A stretch of DNA of 45,905 nucleotides from a virus (IMGVR_UViG_643348547_000010:1-45905); one strand, 5' to 3'; positions 28,691-37,381 are shown, counted from the stretch's first letter. Numbers and translations: made by a program. The notes: generated by a model from the sequence alone, not told the origin.

Positions 28691-30366
28691 TGTGATTGCC
28701 CACCCTGACCACTAACTGCATTCGCCATAGCTGACAAAACACTCGGATCCGAAGTTTTAGCTTCGCTTAGCGTCTTGGCACCCTGTGCCGCCACCATCCC
28801 CATCGCCATCATTTGTTGCTGCTGTTGTTGCTGTGCCCGTTGCTGGCGAGCCTGCTCAACCTGTTCCTGCGGAACAATGACGGTTGGAGACACTCCGGAC
28901 ATATCAGCGAATGCATCGATCGCCTGATCAACGTTGAGTTTGTCGAGAGCTTCTGGTTTCGCTTGCGCAAGTTGACCAATGAAGTTGACCGTAGACGCCA
29001 GACTGGACAGGCCGATAGACTTCTGCGCCTGAGCCATGACGGAAATGTATTCGACCTTCAGGGGCATACCTTCCATCGCGTCAGGCGGTGGCGGCAGCAT
29101 GTTTTTACGCACCATCATCGAGAAAGCGCGGTCAATGAGAGGATTAAGACATTCGTCGTTCAGACGCTCCAGAACCGGCCCCAACATCAGAAGTTTTTCT
29201 TCTTTCATTTCGATCACCGCTTCAACAGGCATCGAGCGGGTATTGATGTTCTGCAACATCATGAACAGATCGACAAAGTAGGCGCTGTTAATGATTTGAC
29301 GGGTGTCCTGAATGTCTGCCACCAAATCTGCTGTACTGGGGTTAACCAGATAAGCAGGCCTGAAACCATCCTGACCAGTAATCTGATCGATATACGTGAT
29401 GTCGCCAGGAAGAAGGGAGGCACGCTGATTCTTGAGGGAAGTCGGAGCAACCATCGGCGGATTGGTGGCTTTATCAATCAACTGCGACTTGCGCTTCTGG
29501 AGAAGCTGCAATGCCTTAACAGGTCCAAGCGCCAGCATACCCGGGCATGATGATCCATAAACATCTTCGCCGTTAACTTCCCAGCGCGGAGCCATAATTG
29601 GAAACTCATCGAATCCGGACTCACGCAACAACTTGTCGTTATCGCCACCAACCTCGTAATAAACCGATTTGAATGGCTTGTTCTTGCTATCCAGCTTCGA
29701 TGTATCGCGGTCAATGTTCGGGTAAACCGAATGCATCACTTCAATCCACTTCTCGTAGGTGCCGCTTTCCCACATGCTTTTTACGGATTCGCTGACGTTA
29801 TTTAGCCCGAACTCCTGAACAAGCTGACGAACAGTCATAGAGAACTTGCGGAAACAGGTGTCCACACTGCCACGAGGTGAGTTAGCCAGGTAGTAACTGC
29901 CTATCGGGAATGGCATTGTGCGAATGATGTCCTCGTCATCCTCCAGCACCGCCATTGCACCAGTGCTGTATGTGCCGAGGCTTCCGTATAACTGCGGAAG
30001 GGACTGGTAGAGATTCGAATTATTGAACATATCGTTCATGCGGTTCTGAACTGCCTCAAGCCACAACTTAACAGGGCCATAGTCCATCATTTCAGGATCT
30101 GGCGTAGCCAGGCGAAACCACGGACGGGCGGGGCTTGTTATGCCTGACATCATGCCGCTGGCAAGAGTGCGCGCCGCCATAGTCCCGGTCGAATCAATAA
30201 TGCGTGTATTGCGTCGATCGTTACGGTTAACCTCAGAAGTCAGAAAGCGGGAACCACGCGGGTTGATGTAATCACTCAACTCGCGCCAGTGCGGCTCGAA
30301 CGACTGACGCTCGCTTTCAAGTTGTGCGAACTGTTTGTTCAATCGCTCTTTAGTTGTTTCCGCCAT
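28687..30366 (-). CDS. Portal (head-tail connector) protein, T7 gp8-like
   Basis: 559 aa; Gln-rich low-complexity C-terminus (...QQRAQQQQQQQMMAMGMVAAQGAK...) like T7-type portals. Confidence 0.85.
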   Translation of the reverse strand: MAETTKERLNKQFAQLESERQSFEPHWRELSDYINPRGSRFLTSEVNRNDRRNTRIIDSTGTMAARTLASGMMSGITSPARPWFRLATPDPEMMDYGPVKLWLEAVQNRMNDMFNNSNLYQSLPQLYGSLGTYSTGAMAVLEDDEDIIRTMPFPIGSYYLANSPRGSVDTCFRKFSMTVRQLVQEFGLNNVSESVKSMWESGTYEKWIEVMHSVYPNIDRDTSKLDSKNKPFKSVYYEVGGDNDKLLRESGFDEFPIMAPRWEVNGEDVYGSSCPGMLALGPVKALQLLQKRKSQLIDKATNPPMVAPTSLKNQRASLLPGDITYIDQITGQDGFRPAYLVNPSTADLVADIQDTRQIINSAYFVDLFMMLQNINTRSMPVEAVIEMKEEKLLMLGPVLERLNDECLNPLIDRAFSMMVRKNMLPPPPDAMEGMPLKVEYISVMAQAQKSIGLSSLASTVNFIGQLAQAKPEALDKLNVDQAIDAFADMSGVSPTVIVPQEQVEQARQQRAQQQQQQQMMAMGMVAAQGAKTLSEAKTSDPSVLSAMANAVSGQGGQSQ

Positions 30367-30380
30367 TTCAATGACTCCGG

Positions 30381-30587
30381 TTACTGACCAAGCAGCGTTT
30401 TACCGCTGGTATTAGCGGTTGATGTGTCGCCCTGAGAACCGGTAAGCAGCGTAGAACTACGACCAGCAGCAGCGCGACGGCGACGAGTTTCTTCGTCGCG
30501 GGCATCAACAACGGCGGCATCCTGCTCCTGTGGTGCTGCCTGAACTTCTGGTGTTGCAGGCACTGACGGTGAGCTACCCATGCACAT
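30381..30587 (-). CDS. Small hypothetical protein upstream of portal
   Basis: 68-aa ORF, charged and Ala-rich. Confidence 0.35.
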   Translation of the reverse strand: MCMGSSPSVPATPEVQAAPQEQDAAVVDARDEETRRRRAAAGRSSTLLTGSQGDTSTANTSGKTLLGQ

Positions 30588-30655
30588 ATCAATGACTCCG
30601 TACGCAATTAAATTATTACCAATTTAACCATATATGATTTATTTATCGTAGATAG

Positions 30656-30684
30656 TTGACATTTAACGCACGAATTATTACCTT
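30656..30684 (+). promoter_or_regulatory. Possible promoter for the tRNA transcript (TTGACA at 30656-30661)
   Basis: Consensus -35 hexamer; -10 is weak and overlapped by operator site E. Confidence 0.3.
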
Positions 30685-30693
30685 TCAGGTAAG
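30677..30693. promoter_or_regulatory. Operator-like 17-bp palindrome (site E)
   Basis: ATTACCTTTCAGGTAAG. Confidence 0.45.
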
Positions 30694-31014
30694 CAAATGG
30701 TTCATTCCGGTTATTAACCTGACTGGCTTGTCGTTAAATTGAACAGGTGGAGTGAGCTTTTATTTTGAGCAGTACGGCGTATGGCACATGCGCCGATAGC
30801 GGTCTGGATACGTTTAAGGGGCACCCTCCCTTGCTCGAGCAAACGAACCAGGTAGCCGGAATGTGCAAGTCGAGCGGTTTTATTCCGCGCACGGGGATTC
30901 ACCATCCCGGCGATTCGGTGTGACGCCTCGGAAGAGACGAGGGTACAACGATGAGAGCATTTATGGAGCCGCGACAAAGTGTGGCGCCTTAACAGGCTAA
31001 GTGCTCTCAGCGTT

Positions 31015-31091
31015 GTGGCATTAGCTCACTTGGACAGAGCAACCGCCTTCTAAGCGGTTGGTCGCAGGTTCGAATCCTGCATGCCACGCCA
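31015..31091 (+). tRNA. tRNA-Arg (anticodon UCU), phage-encoded
   Basis: Cloverleaf by hand: acceptor GTGGCAT/ATGCCAC, D-arm GCTC/GAGC, anticodon stem ACCGC/GCGGT with loop CTTCTAA, T-arm GCAGG-TTCGAAT-CCTGC, discriminator G, CCA; sequence differs from host argU. Confidence 0.85.
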
Positions 31092-31134
31092 GAATCACGC
31101 CTAAGGACCGTGATGCCAGAAGTTCCAGGGGCTT

Positions 31135-31176
31135 GGCGGTGATGGTTTCCCTTGAAGGACTATCACCGCCCTTTTT
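31135..31176 (+). terminator. Intrinsic terminator downstream of tRNA
   Basis: 9-bp stem GGCGGTGAT/ATCACCGCC followed by TTTTT. Confidence 0.6.
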
Positions 31177-31254
31177 ACAGCAGGACGCCATTGCGATGGC
31201 TTCATGCTGTAAACCAGTACAGCCACGGAAGGCATAACTCATTGCTTCCAGTTC

Positions 31255-31279
31255 GCCCGGTTCGCCGGGCATTTTTTTT
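31255..31279 (+). terminator. Intrinsic terminator
   Basis: GCCCGGTTCGCCGGGC followed by T8. Confidence 0.65.
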
Positions 31280-31387
31280 GGCGTGATACGTCACAATTAT
31301 GATATCGATGCAGATTACGACATACATGAAAAACATGTCATAGTATCTCCTGAGGTTAATCTCGATTCAAAAAGAGGATGATTTATA

Positions 31388-31735
31388 ATGATTAAAATCA
31401 ATAACGTACGTGGTGCTAGCGTTAGCGTCAACGGAGAAGACTTCACTGGTCATCATATTACGATTAACAATGGAAAAGTGATCGTTGATGGTGTCGAAAA
31501 AAATAGCAATCTTGACGGACAGATTAACGTAACAATTAATGGAAGCGTGGAAGGTGTTGAGATTGAAAATGGATCAGTGACTGTAAGCGGTGATGCACAT
31601 TATGTGAAAACTATGTCTGGTGATGTCCATTGTTCCAATGTATTGGGAAATGTAAACACCATGTCTGGAGATGTAATCTGCGAAACTGTTGGTGGAAACG
31701 CCAGCACAATGTCTGGAAATATTATCAAGAAATAA
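31388..31735 (+). CDS. Small repeat-containing protein (beta-strand-rich, bactofilin-like pattern); accessory gene
   Basis: 115 aa with alternating G/V/N pattern and tandem TMSGDV/TMSGNI repeats; strong RBS AAGAGGATG; own terminator. Confidence 0.6.
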   Translation: MIKINNVRGASVSVNGEDFTGHHITINNGKVIVDGVEKNSNLDGQINVTINGSVEGVEIENGSVTVSGDAHYVKTMSGDVHCSNVLGNVNTMSGDVICETVGGNASTMSGNIIKK

Positions 31736-31747
31736 TTATTTAAAAAT

Positions 31748-31779
31748 AAAGCCCGCGCATTTGGCGGGCTTTATTTTAT
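31748..31779 (+). terminator. Intrinsic terminator
   Basis: AAAGCCCGCGCATTTGGCGGGCTTT followed by T-rich run. Confidence 0.65.
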
Positions 31780-31820
31780 CCTCATCAGAGGATATCAACG
31801 ACATTATCCCCAGCAGCGGA

Positions 31821-33296
31821 TTAAGCATAGGGATCGTAATCTGTAATGGCCCTTCCCTGCTGGCTTTGCTGTCCTGGTATATTTATGCGTTTCGAGACCG
31901 GGAAAGCAAACGTCAGCAGTAGCGCATCGCCTTTACCCGGCGAACGCCCAAGCCGCTCCTTGATATCTTCCTTCGGTTCGATAACGATTTTACCGTCCAC
32001 TCGAACTTTGTACTCTGCCGCCGACAGGTCGTCCGCTGTTTCCTGGTCATCCAGCATGCCGCCCAGCCTCAGCCATGTCTTGCATGAGTTGAACATCTCC
32101 CCACGCTTGTTGAGCATCTGCGGGTCAGTAGACGCGCCACCGAACGGAACAAGTTGCCATGTGCGCCCCCAACCGTCACCGATTGACTTCAGACCAGTTC
32201 CGTAACCGAAGTCGATGAACACCGCGTCAGCCTGATACTGGTCTTCAAAGTCAGCGATACGCTTTGCCATAATCAGATCGTCAGTGGTCTTGTTGCCGGT
32301 CCACAGCACCTTACTGTGCAGCCCCTGCCGCAGGTATATCACCGCGTCATCAACACCGGAGTATGCAGGGTCAACGCCGATTATCACCGGAGCATGCGCC
32401 ACCTGCGCAGCGGTTACCACCCGTTTCATTGCCTCATCAGTAAGACCGGTAGGGATAAACTGCAATTCAGATGCATCAGGGAATATGCCGCGCACACGGA
32501 TTTTAACGAAGTCGCTGTCTTCCCCGTAGTCATCAACCCATTTCTGCAACTGCTGTTTGTTAGTGCCTTCCACCGTTCGGCTGTCAATCTGCGCAGTTTT
32601 CCAGCGGTGTTTATATTTGCGGAAACATTCGCGGAAACGTCCGGTATTACGCGTCGGGTTTCCGAACGCCACCCAGATAATCTCAGTGTCTTCGTCCGTT
32701 AGTGCACCCTCGGCAACTTCCCACACCAGATCCGCAATGTTCGACGCTTCATCGAATACCACGATGATGCGTTTGCGCTCGTTGTGTAGTCCGGCGAATG
32801 CCTCAGTGTTGTGCTCAGACCAGGGGATTGCGTCAGCTCGCCACCGCTTGTCGTGTCCAGGATCATTGCTGTACATCGCGGTAGCGGTACAGGTAAACCA
32901 GTCTTTCGTGATAGCAAGGTTCGACCACTTGATAATTTCCGGCCAGGTCTTCGTTCGTAGCTGGTTGTCGGTGTTGGCGGTCACCACGACCTTACAATCC
33001 TCGCAAGTGGACATGCCCCAGTTGATCAGCATTGAGATGAATGCGGATTTACCAATACCGTGACCAGAAGCGCGTGCCAGCATAAGCGGCTGATAGCGCG
33101 TCTCTGGATTCTGCAGGTGATCACGTATCTCTCGGAACGCATCAGCCTGCCACTGACGTGGGCCGGTAGCATGTGCCAGTTCAGTCCCCTCTTCCCCCCA
33201 CGGGAACGCATAGAGGGCATAGCCAAGCGGATCGTGAGTGAACCCTGCAATATCATCGATCAACTGCTCTTCAGGAGATAACGCTGTATCTGTCAC
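31821..33296 (-). CDS. Terminase large subunit
   Basis: 491 aa, Walker A-like ASGHGIGKS, acidic nuclease-type C-terminal half; directly downstream of small subunit. Confidence 0.85.
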   Translation of the reverse strand: MTDTALSPEEQLIDDIAGFTHDPLGYALYAFPWGEEGTELAHATGPRQWQADAFREIRDHLQNPETRYQPLMLARASGHGIGKSAFISMLINWGMSTCEDCKVVVTANTDNQLRTKTWPEIIKWSNLAITKDWFTCTATAMYSNDPGHDKRWRADAIPWSEHNTEAFAGLHNERKRIIVVFDEASNIADLVWEVAEGALTDEDTEIIWVAFGNPTRNTGRFRECFRKYKHRWKTAQIDSRTVEGTNKQQLQKWVDDYGEDSDFVKIRVRGIFPDASELQFIPTGLTDEAMKRVVTAAQVAHAPVIIGVDPAYSGVDDAVIYLRQGLHSKVLWTGNKTTDDLIMAKRIADFEDQYQADAVFIDFGYGTGLKSIGDGWGRTWQLVPFGGASTDPQMLNKRGEMFNSCKTWLRLGGMLDDQETADDLSAAEYKVRVDGKIVIEPKEDIKERLGRSPGKGDALLLTFAFPVSKRINIPGQQSQQGRAITDYDPYA

Positions 33297-33889
33297 TGAT
33301 TACCATCCTGACGTTCTTTGAGTCGCTTCCTGGCTGCTGCTATGCGATCAGCAATTGTCACATTCACATTAACATCCAGACGTTCTTTGAACGCGTTGAC
33401 ATCAACATGCTTACCAATCAGCTCAAGGTTCTTCACCTTGTCAGGCCATTTAATTTTTTTGAGGATTGTCTCTATCGAATCCTCGTTCATGTTCATGATG
33501 GTCGATGACAGATCAAAGCCACTAAGCGTAGTGCGCCAGATTTTCGGCCACTCACGGATTGGTTTAAGGCTCCCATCGTCGTTGAGGATGTCGATCACGT
33601 CCATCTGGTCGATCTCCACCAGGCGCATGAGAACGTAATCAGCACTGACGCGCATTCGTTTGTTGCGCTCCTCCATCAACTCGGCAATCCGTTTTTGAAT
33701 GCGTTCATCGCGCATCATGACACTGGCTTTAACTGCCGCTGTATTTGGGGAGAATCCTGCGTTAATCGCTGCCTGAGTCTGGTTTTCAGGCGTTTTGATG
33801 TATGACTGGCAATAAGCCTCCTGCATTGCTGTTAGTGGCTTAAATTGCGTTGATTTGCGTTTATAGGTTTTAGGTTCAGCAGGCATCAT
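33293..33889 (-). CDS. Terminase small subunit
   Basis: Motif QEAYCQSYIKTPENQTQAAINAGFS typical of terminase small subunits; start moved to ATG at 33889 because a terminator hairpin lies inside the longer track ORF. Confidence 0.7.
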   Translation of the reverse strand: MMPAEPKTYKRKSTQFKPLTAMQEAYCQSYIKTPENQTQAAINAGFSPNTAAVKASVMMRDERIQKRIAELMEERNKRMRVSADYVLMRLVEIDQMDVIDILNDDGSLKPIREWPKIWRTTLSGFDLSSTIMNMNEDSIETILKKIKWPDKVKNLELIGKHVDVNAFKERLDVNVNVTIADRIAAARKRLKERQDGNQ

Positions 33890-33905
33890 AACCACCGTGG
33901 TAATA

Positions 33906-33922
33906 GTTACCGTTGTGGTAAT
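33906..33922. promoter_or_regulatory. Operator-like 17-bp palindrome (site N) upstream of terS
   Basis: GTTACCGTTGTGGTAAT, preceded by GGTAATAGTTACC. Confidence 0.45.
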
Positions 33923-33932
33923 AGTACCATGC

Positions 33933-33958
33933 AAAATAAAGCCGCCATAGTTGGCGGC
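33933..33958 (-). terminator. Intrinsic terminator upstream of terS
   Basis: Minus-strand hairpin GCCGCCAACTATGGCGGC followed by TTTATTTT. Confidence 0.5.
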
Positions 33959-34007
33959 AGTATTCAAAACCCATCAAATTCATCATGCATAATCTACTCG
34001 TGACATG

Positions 34008-34346
34008 TCACACTATTAATTTCGTTTCATGCCAGCCTTTAGTCACCCAGCATTGCGAGTCACCATTACACGGGCATGAATTAACTGGAACTCTCTCGCC
34101 GCACTTACCGCAACATTTTCTGCTGATCGATTTTATACGCCCGCGCACGCGTGCATCATCCTGGCGGATCAGCAGCGCGATGTACTCGGCCATTTCATAG
34201 GGATCGCGACCAGGGCGCCGGGCGGCGCAGTTCCGCGCCAGCATTTCCTGCTCCTGCTTATCCAGCACCAGTTCAATTTTGCGCTCACCAGATGCAGCTT
34301 GTCTGGCTCTCTGAGCGGCTTTGCGCTCTGCTGCTGATTTAGCCAT
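34008..34346 (-). CDS. Hypothetical Cys-rich protein (possible zinc-binding regulator)
   Basis: 112 aa; basic N-terminus, C-terminal CCGKCG...CPC...C cluster. Confidence 0.5.
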   Translation of the reverse strand: MAKSAAERKAAQRARQAASGERKIELVLDKQEQEMLARNCAARRPGRDPYEMAEYIALLIRQDDARVRGRIKSISRKCCGKCGERVPVNSCPCNGDSQCWVTKGWHETKLIV

Positions 34347-34701
34347 TCTGATTTTCCTGCATCATGAGAAATACAATCATGGCGGCGCGGAGAACATTTT
34401 CATGCTCATGCTCCCAAATAGGGTTGGCAGAAGCACCGTGCAAACCGCTTTCGTTCCAGTCCCAGAGAATGTTAACTCCGTTATCAGCAATAATCGGCCA
34501 TGCATCTGCTGGGTTTGCGCATGGGTTAAAGGATCCGCGCTCAACTTCTACTTCAACTGCGTCTCCGTTTACAATGTCTCCCACAAATGAGATAAACACC
34601 ATCGCGCCATTCTCACCTTCTTTGTAATCCGGTGATCCGTTATGAATGGCTTCGAATACCGCCACGTTAATTTCAAAATCACTTAACTGTGAATAGTCCA
34701 T
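34339..34701 (-). CDS. Hypothetical acidic protein
   Basis: Start at MDYSQLSDFEIN... overlapping upstream stop (ATGA). Confidence 0.5.
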   Translation of the reverse strand: MDYSQLSDFEINVAVFEAIHNGSPDYKEGENGAMVFISFVGDIVNGDAVEVEVERGSFNPCANPADAWPIIADNGVNILWDWNESGLHGASANPIWEHEHENVLRAAMIVFLMMQENQNG

Positions 34702-35414
34702 CACTTCACCTCCTGCGGCGGTTCTGGTAGCGGCATCCAGTGTGATGGTATCCACGACGCACCAGGTATTACCCACCCATCATTAGCGTCAGGATGCCCC
34801 GGGATGTAAGTCGCCCATTTCATTCGCCAGTCACCTTTCCTGTCAAACTCCCTGGCAACAAGAACGGCTGTTTTGGTATCCGGCATTCGCTCACTACAGC
34901 TTATCCAACCATCCGGAGTTACCGGAGAGCTGGTTGACGCTTCCGGGATTTTCCGAAAATTATTGGTTGACGAATCTTTATTTTCCCGAAAGTTTCCGGA
35001 CTGAAGCATGGCTTCGCGGCAATCGTTCCAGCCTGTAGCGTATGCAGCCGCTTTGCTGCTGCCTTCAACTGGCGCATCCTGCCAATACATTTCATCCGGC
35101 ACTACCGGCGCTGGCAAGGCAGCGTGATAGTAGAGTGGCATAGTTTTGTACAGTGGTTCGCCAGGACTTCCGTCAACCTGATTCCATTCTTCAACCCAGG
35201 CATCAACAACCGCTTTGCTGGTTGATACATGTTCTTCTGAATCTACATTTTGTCCTGATATACAGAACATAACTGCCTCTGCTTCCAGCGATGCCAGAGC
35301 AATTCGTGCCAGTTCTTCCGCTTCTTCTGCTGGCAGTACAACGTTGCTACCAGGTCCGTATGTTTCGCGCCACTGCTTGATTGTCAGCAGTCGCTCTTTG
35401 GTTATAGTGGTCAT
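34701..35414 (-). CDS. DUF551-type phage protein
   Basis: C-terminus ...VLVAREFDRKGDWRMKWATY...WMPLPEPPQ matches the DUF551 pattern common in enterobacterial prophages. Confidence 0.6.
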   Translation of the reverse strand: MTTITKERLLTIKQWRETYGPGSNVVLPAEEAEELARIALASLEAEAVMFCISGQNVDSEEHVSTSKAVVDAWVEEWNQVDGSPGEPLYKTMPLYYHAALPAPVVPDEMYWQDAPVEGSSKAAAYATGWNDCREAMLQSGNFRENKDSSTNNFRKIPEASTSSPVTPDGWISCSERMPDTKTAVLVAREFDRKGDWRMKWATYIPGHPDANDGWVIPGASWIPSHWMPLPEPPQEVK

Positions 35415-35424
35415 TTGTTAATCC

Positions 35425-36180
35425 TTAAACTGCTAGTTGCAATTGCATTTCAAAGCGGTCGCGTTGTTCACAATACGCAAGAGAACCAGGGCTATTGTGT
35501 GCCTCAATCCGTTCTACCATTAATGCTGCTCGTGTCTCTTTACTTGCAGGTGCATAAGCCCCAGACCAGGCTTTATCAATACCGATGTTTCGAGCGACGT
35601 TCGTACTATCTGCGCTGGCTAAGGGTAATTTTGTGAATATCAGCGGATTTAACATGCGCAACCCATGTAGTTTCGTAACCGGCTGACCATACTCATCAAC
35701 AATGTGACGAATCAGGTCTTTCATTCTGGCTACCGCAAGAGTTGGGCGCTTTACGTCATAGTCGCCACAACTACCGATAGCCACTCGCGGAAACTCATTG
35801 CACAAATGAATAAATCGCTCGTCACTTTCATTCATGTGCCACACTGGAACGCCAGCTAGTTTTCCGTGAGGCCACTCATTCAGAAGCGCATCATTTTCTT
35901 CCTCTCCGCCATCAATAACATCAGGGATAATGGCAAAATCGAATCCTGGGTGATTCTTCCAGCGAGCAACAAACTCGTAGTAATCGCTCCAGTCGATTTT
36001 GTTTTTGCCAGCTGCTTTCCAGGCGGTGAATGCACCGTTGTCCAGCGCGAACGACTGACAGTATTCAGCCGCGAGATTGATCTGGCCTGAATGCGCAAAA
36101 CTGATAAACGCATGTCGCCCTTTCCATGCTCTCATGGCGCACGTATCAGGAGTAATAGGCCCACCGTGATAGTGAATCAT
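35425..36180 (-). CDS. Hypothetical enzyme-like protein (possible TGT/DpdA-like fold)
   Basis: 251-aa ORF; motifs LDNGAF, VAIGSCGD and DSTNVARN loosely resemble the three conserved blocks of tRNA-guanine transglycosylases; low confidence in function. Confidence 0.5.
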   Translation of the reverse strand: MIHYHGGPITPDTCAMRAWKGRHAFISFAHSGQINLAAEYCQSFALDNGAFTAWKAAGKNKIDWSDYYEFVARWKNHPGFDFAIIPDVIDGGEEENDALLNEWPHGKLAGVPVWHMNESDERFIHLCNEFPRVAIGSCGDYDVKRPTLAVARMKDLIRHIVDEYGQPVTKLHGLRMLNPLIFTKLPLASADSTNVARNIGIDKAWSGAYAPASKETRAALMVERIEAHNSPGSLAYCEQRDRFEMQLQLAV

Positions 36181-36181
36181 C

Positions 36182-36748
36182 TCACTCTCCTTTGATGCGA
36201 ATGCCAGCGACGCGTAATGCGTGTTCTAGGTCAATCAGGTAAAGCCAACTGCCATTTTCTTTAGGTATCATGACATGTCGCTCATCTGCATTTATCGGGT
36301 GTCCATATCGAAGGTCGTAGCGAGTCGGTAATTGAACTTCCCGCGCTTCCAGTTCAGCAATACGCTTCTCTGCGGCCTCTGCCCTGCATTGTTCCCGTTG
36401 GAACATTTTGTGGGTGCGGTCGAGCGCCTCAAGTCTGGCTGCTGATGTTTTCTCTTCTGCTTCAAGCTCAACGCGCAGCTTCCCAACCGTAAGCGCAATA
36501 TCCTCGTTCTCCTGGTCGCGGCGTTTGATGTATTGCTGGTTTCTTTCCCGTTCATCCAGTAGTGCCAGCACGGTTTCTGGTCCGGTCAGAAATTTGAAGG
36601 CATTGAGCGCATCAATATCCACACCGTAATCTTTAAGTTCCTGTTCACTTAACAAATCATCATCAGCTGGCAACATTAACAGGCGTTCCATTGCTGGAAT
36701 TGCACGTTCCGCCACCTCACGCAGTGACTGGTAATTAATTTCGCTCAC
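36182..36748 (-). CDS. Hypothetical coiled-coil protein
   Basis: 188-aa ORF, early region. Confidence 0.5.
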   Translation of the reverse strand: MSEINYQSLREVAERAIPAMERLLMLPADDDLLSEQELKDYGVDIDALNAFKFLTGPETVLALLDERERNQQYIKRRDQENEDIALTVGKLRVELEAEEKTSAARLEALDRTHKMFQREQCRAEAAEKRIAELEAREVQLPTRYDLRYGHPINADERHVMIPKENGSWLYLIDLEHALRVAGIRIKGE

Positions 36749-37320
36749 TGGTTGCCTCCTTTGCGAAGCTGTTCAGCAATACTTACGCATATCTCTGCGC
36801 CTCTAATCAGCCCCGGAACGTTCTTGTTTGGCCCAACTTCACCATCAACAAAATCAATCATCGCGTTACGAGCCATATCCACGCCCTGCGCCCGCACTTC
36901 AGCCAGGCATTTGCGAAACTCGGAAACGTACTGTTCGACGCTCATTCCCCAGCTAAGTGGACATTCATTGAATGTTTCGCCTTCGTGCTCTTCATCAGGT
37001 AGCTCTTTGGTAAAGAACTCACGTTCAATGGCGTGGAGTGTGTCAGCAAAACGACGTAAGTTACTCAAACCTGTCGTAATGGAGAATTCAGGAGCATCAC
37101 ATCCGACGCCCATCTGCTGATAAACGGCGGTTTTGAAGGCCTTAAGCCCAGCATTCTCCGCCGCCAGCGCATTAGCACGCACCAGTTGCACTTCCAGTTG
37201 CGTTGCCAAATCGCTGATCAGCTTTGCCACACTGCGCATATCAACGGCACCACATTCTGCTTTCAGTTCCGAAGCCATCTCATGCCCGGCGGAAACTAAC
37301 CCTTTGATATTACTTTCCAT
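36745..37320 (-). CDS. Hypothetical protein
   Basis: 191-aa ORF, early region. Confidence 0.5.
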   Translation of the reverse strand: MESNIKGLVSAGHEMASELKAECGAVDMRSVAKLISDLATQLEVQLVRANALAAENAGLKAFKTAVYQQMGVGCDAPEFSITTGLSNLRRFADTLHAIEREFFTKELPDEEHEGETFNECPLSWGMSVEQYVSEFRKCLAEVRAQGVDMARNAMIDFVDGEVGPNKNVPGLIRGAEICVSIAEQLRKGGNQ

Positions 37321-37381
37321 CTTTACCCTCGCTTATCCACATAACTTATTGATTACATTGATAACTAAAAAGATCGTCGAT

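Noticed and set aside
30714-30977. Minus-strand 87-aa ORF in the tRNA leader region
   Set aside because: Lies in GC-rich non-coding leader, Arg/His-rich low-complexity translation, no RBS; more likely structured RNA.
30700-31010. Second tRNA in the leader upstream of tRNA-Arg
   Set aside because: Could not build a convincing cloverleaf or T-loop by hand; left as possible structured RNA pending tRNAscan-SE.
31021-31272. Minus-strand 83-aa ORF
   Set aside because: Overlaps the tRNA-Arg and its terminators; no RBS; considered spurious.
33293-33967. Longer terS start at 33967 (track ORF, TTG start)
   Set aside because: The extended N-terminus would be translated through a terminator hairpin and operator-like repeats and is low-complexity (TITTTVTITTVV); ATG at 33889 preferred.
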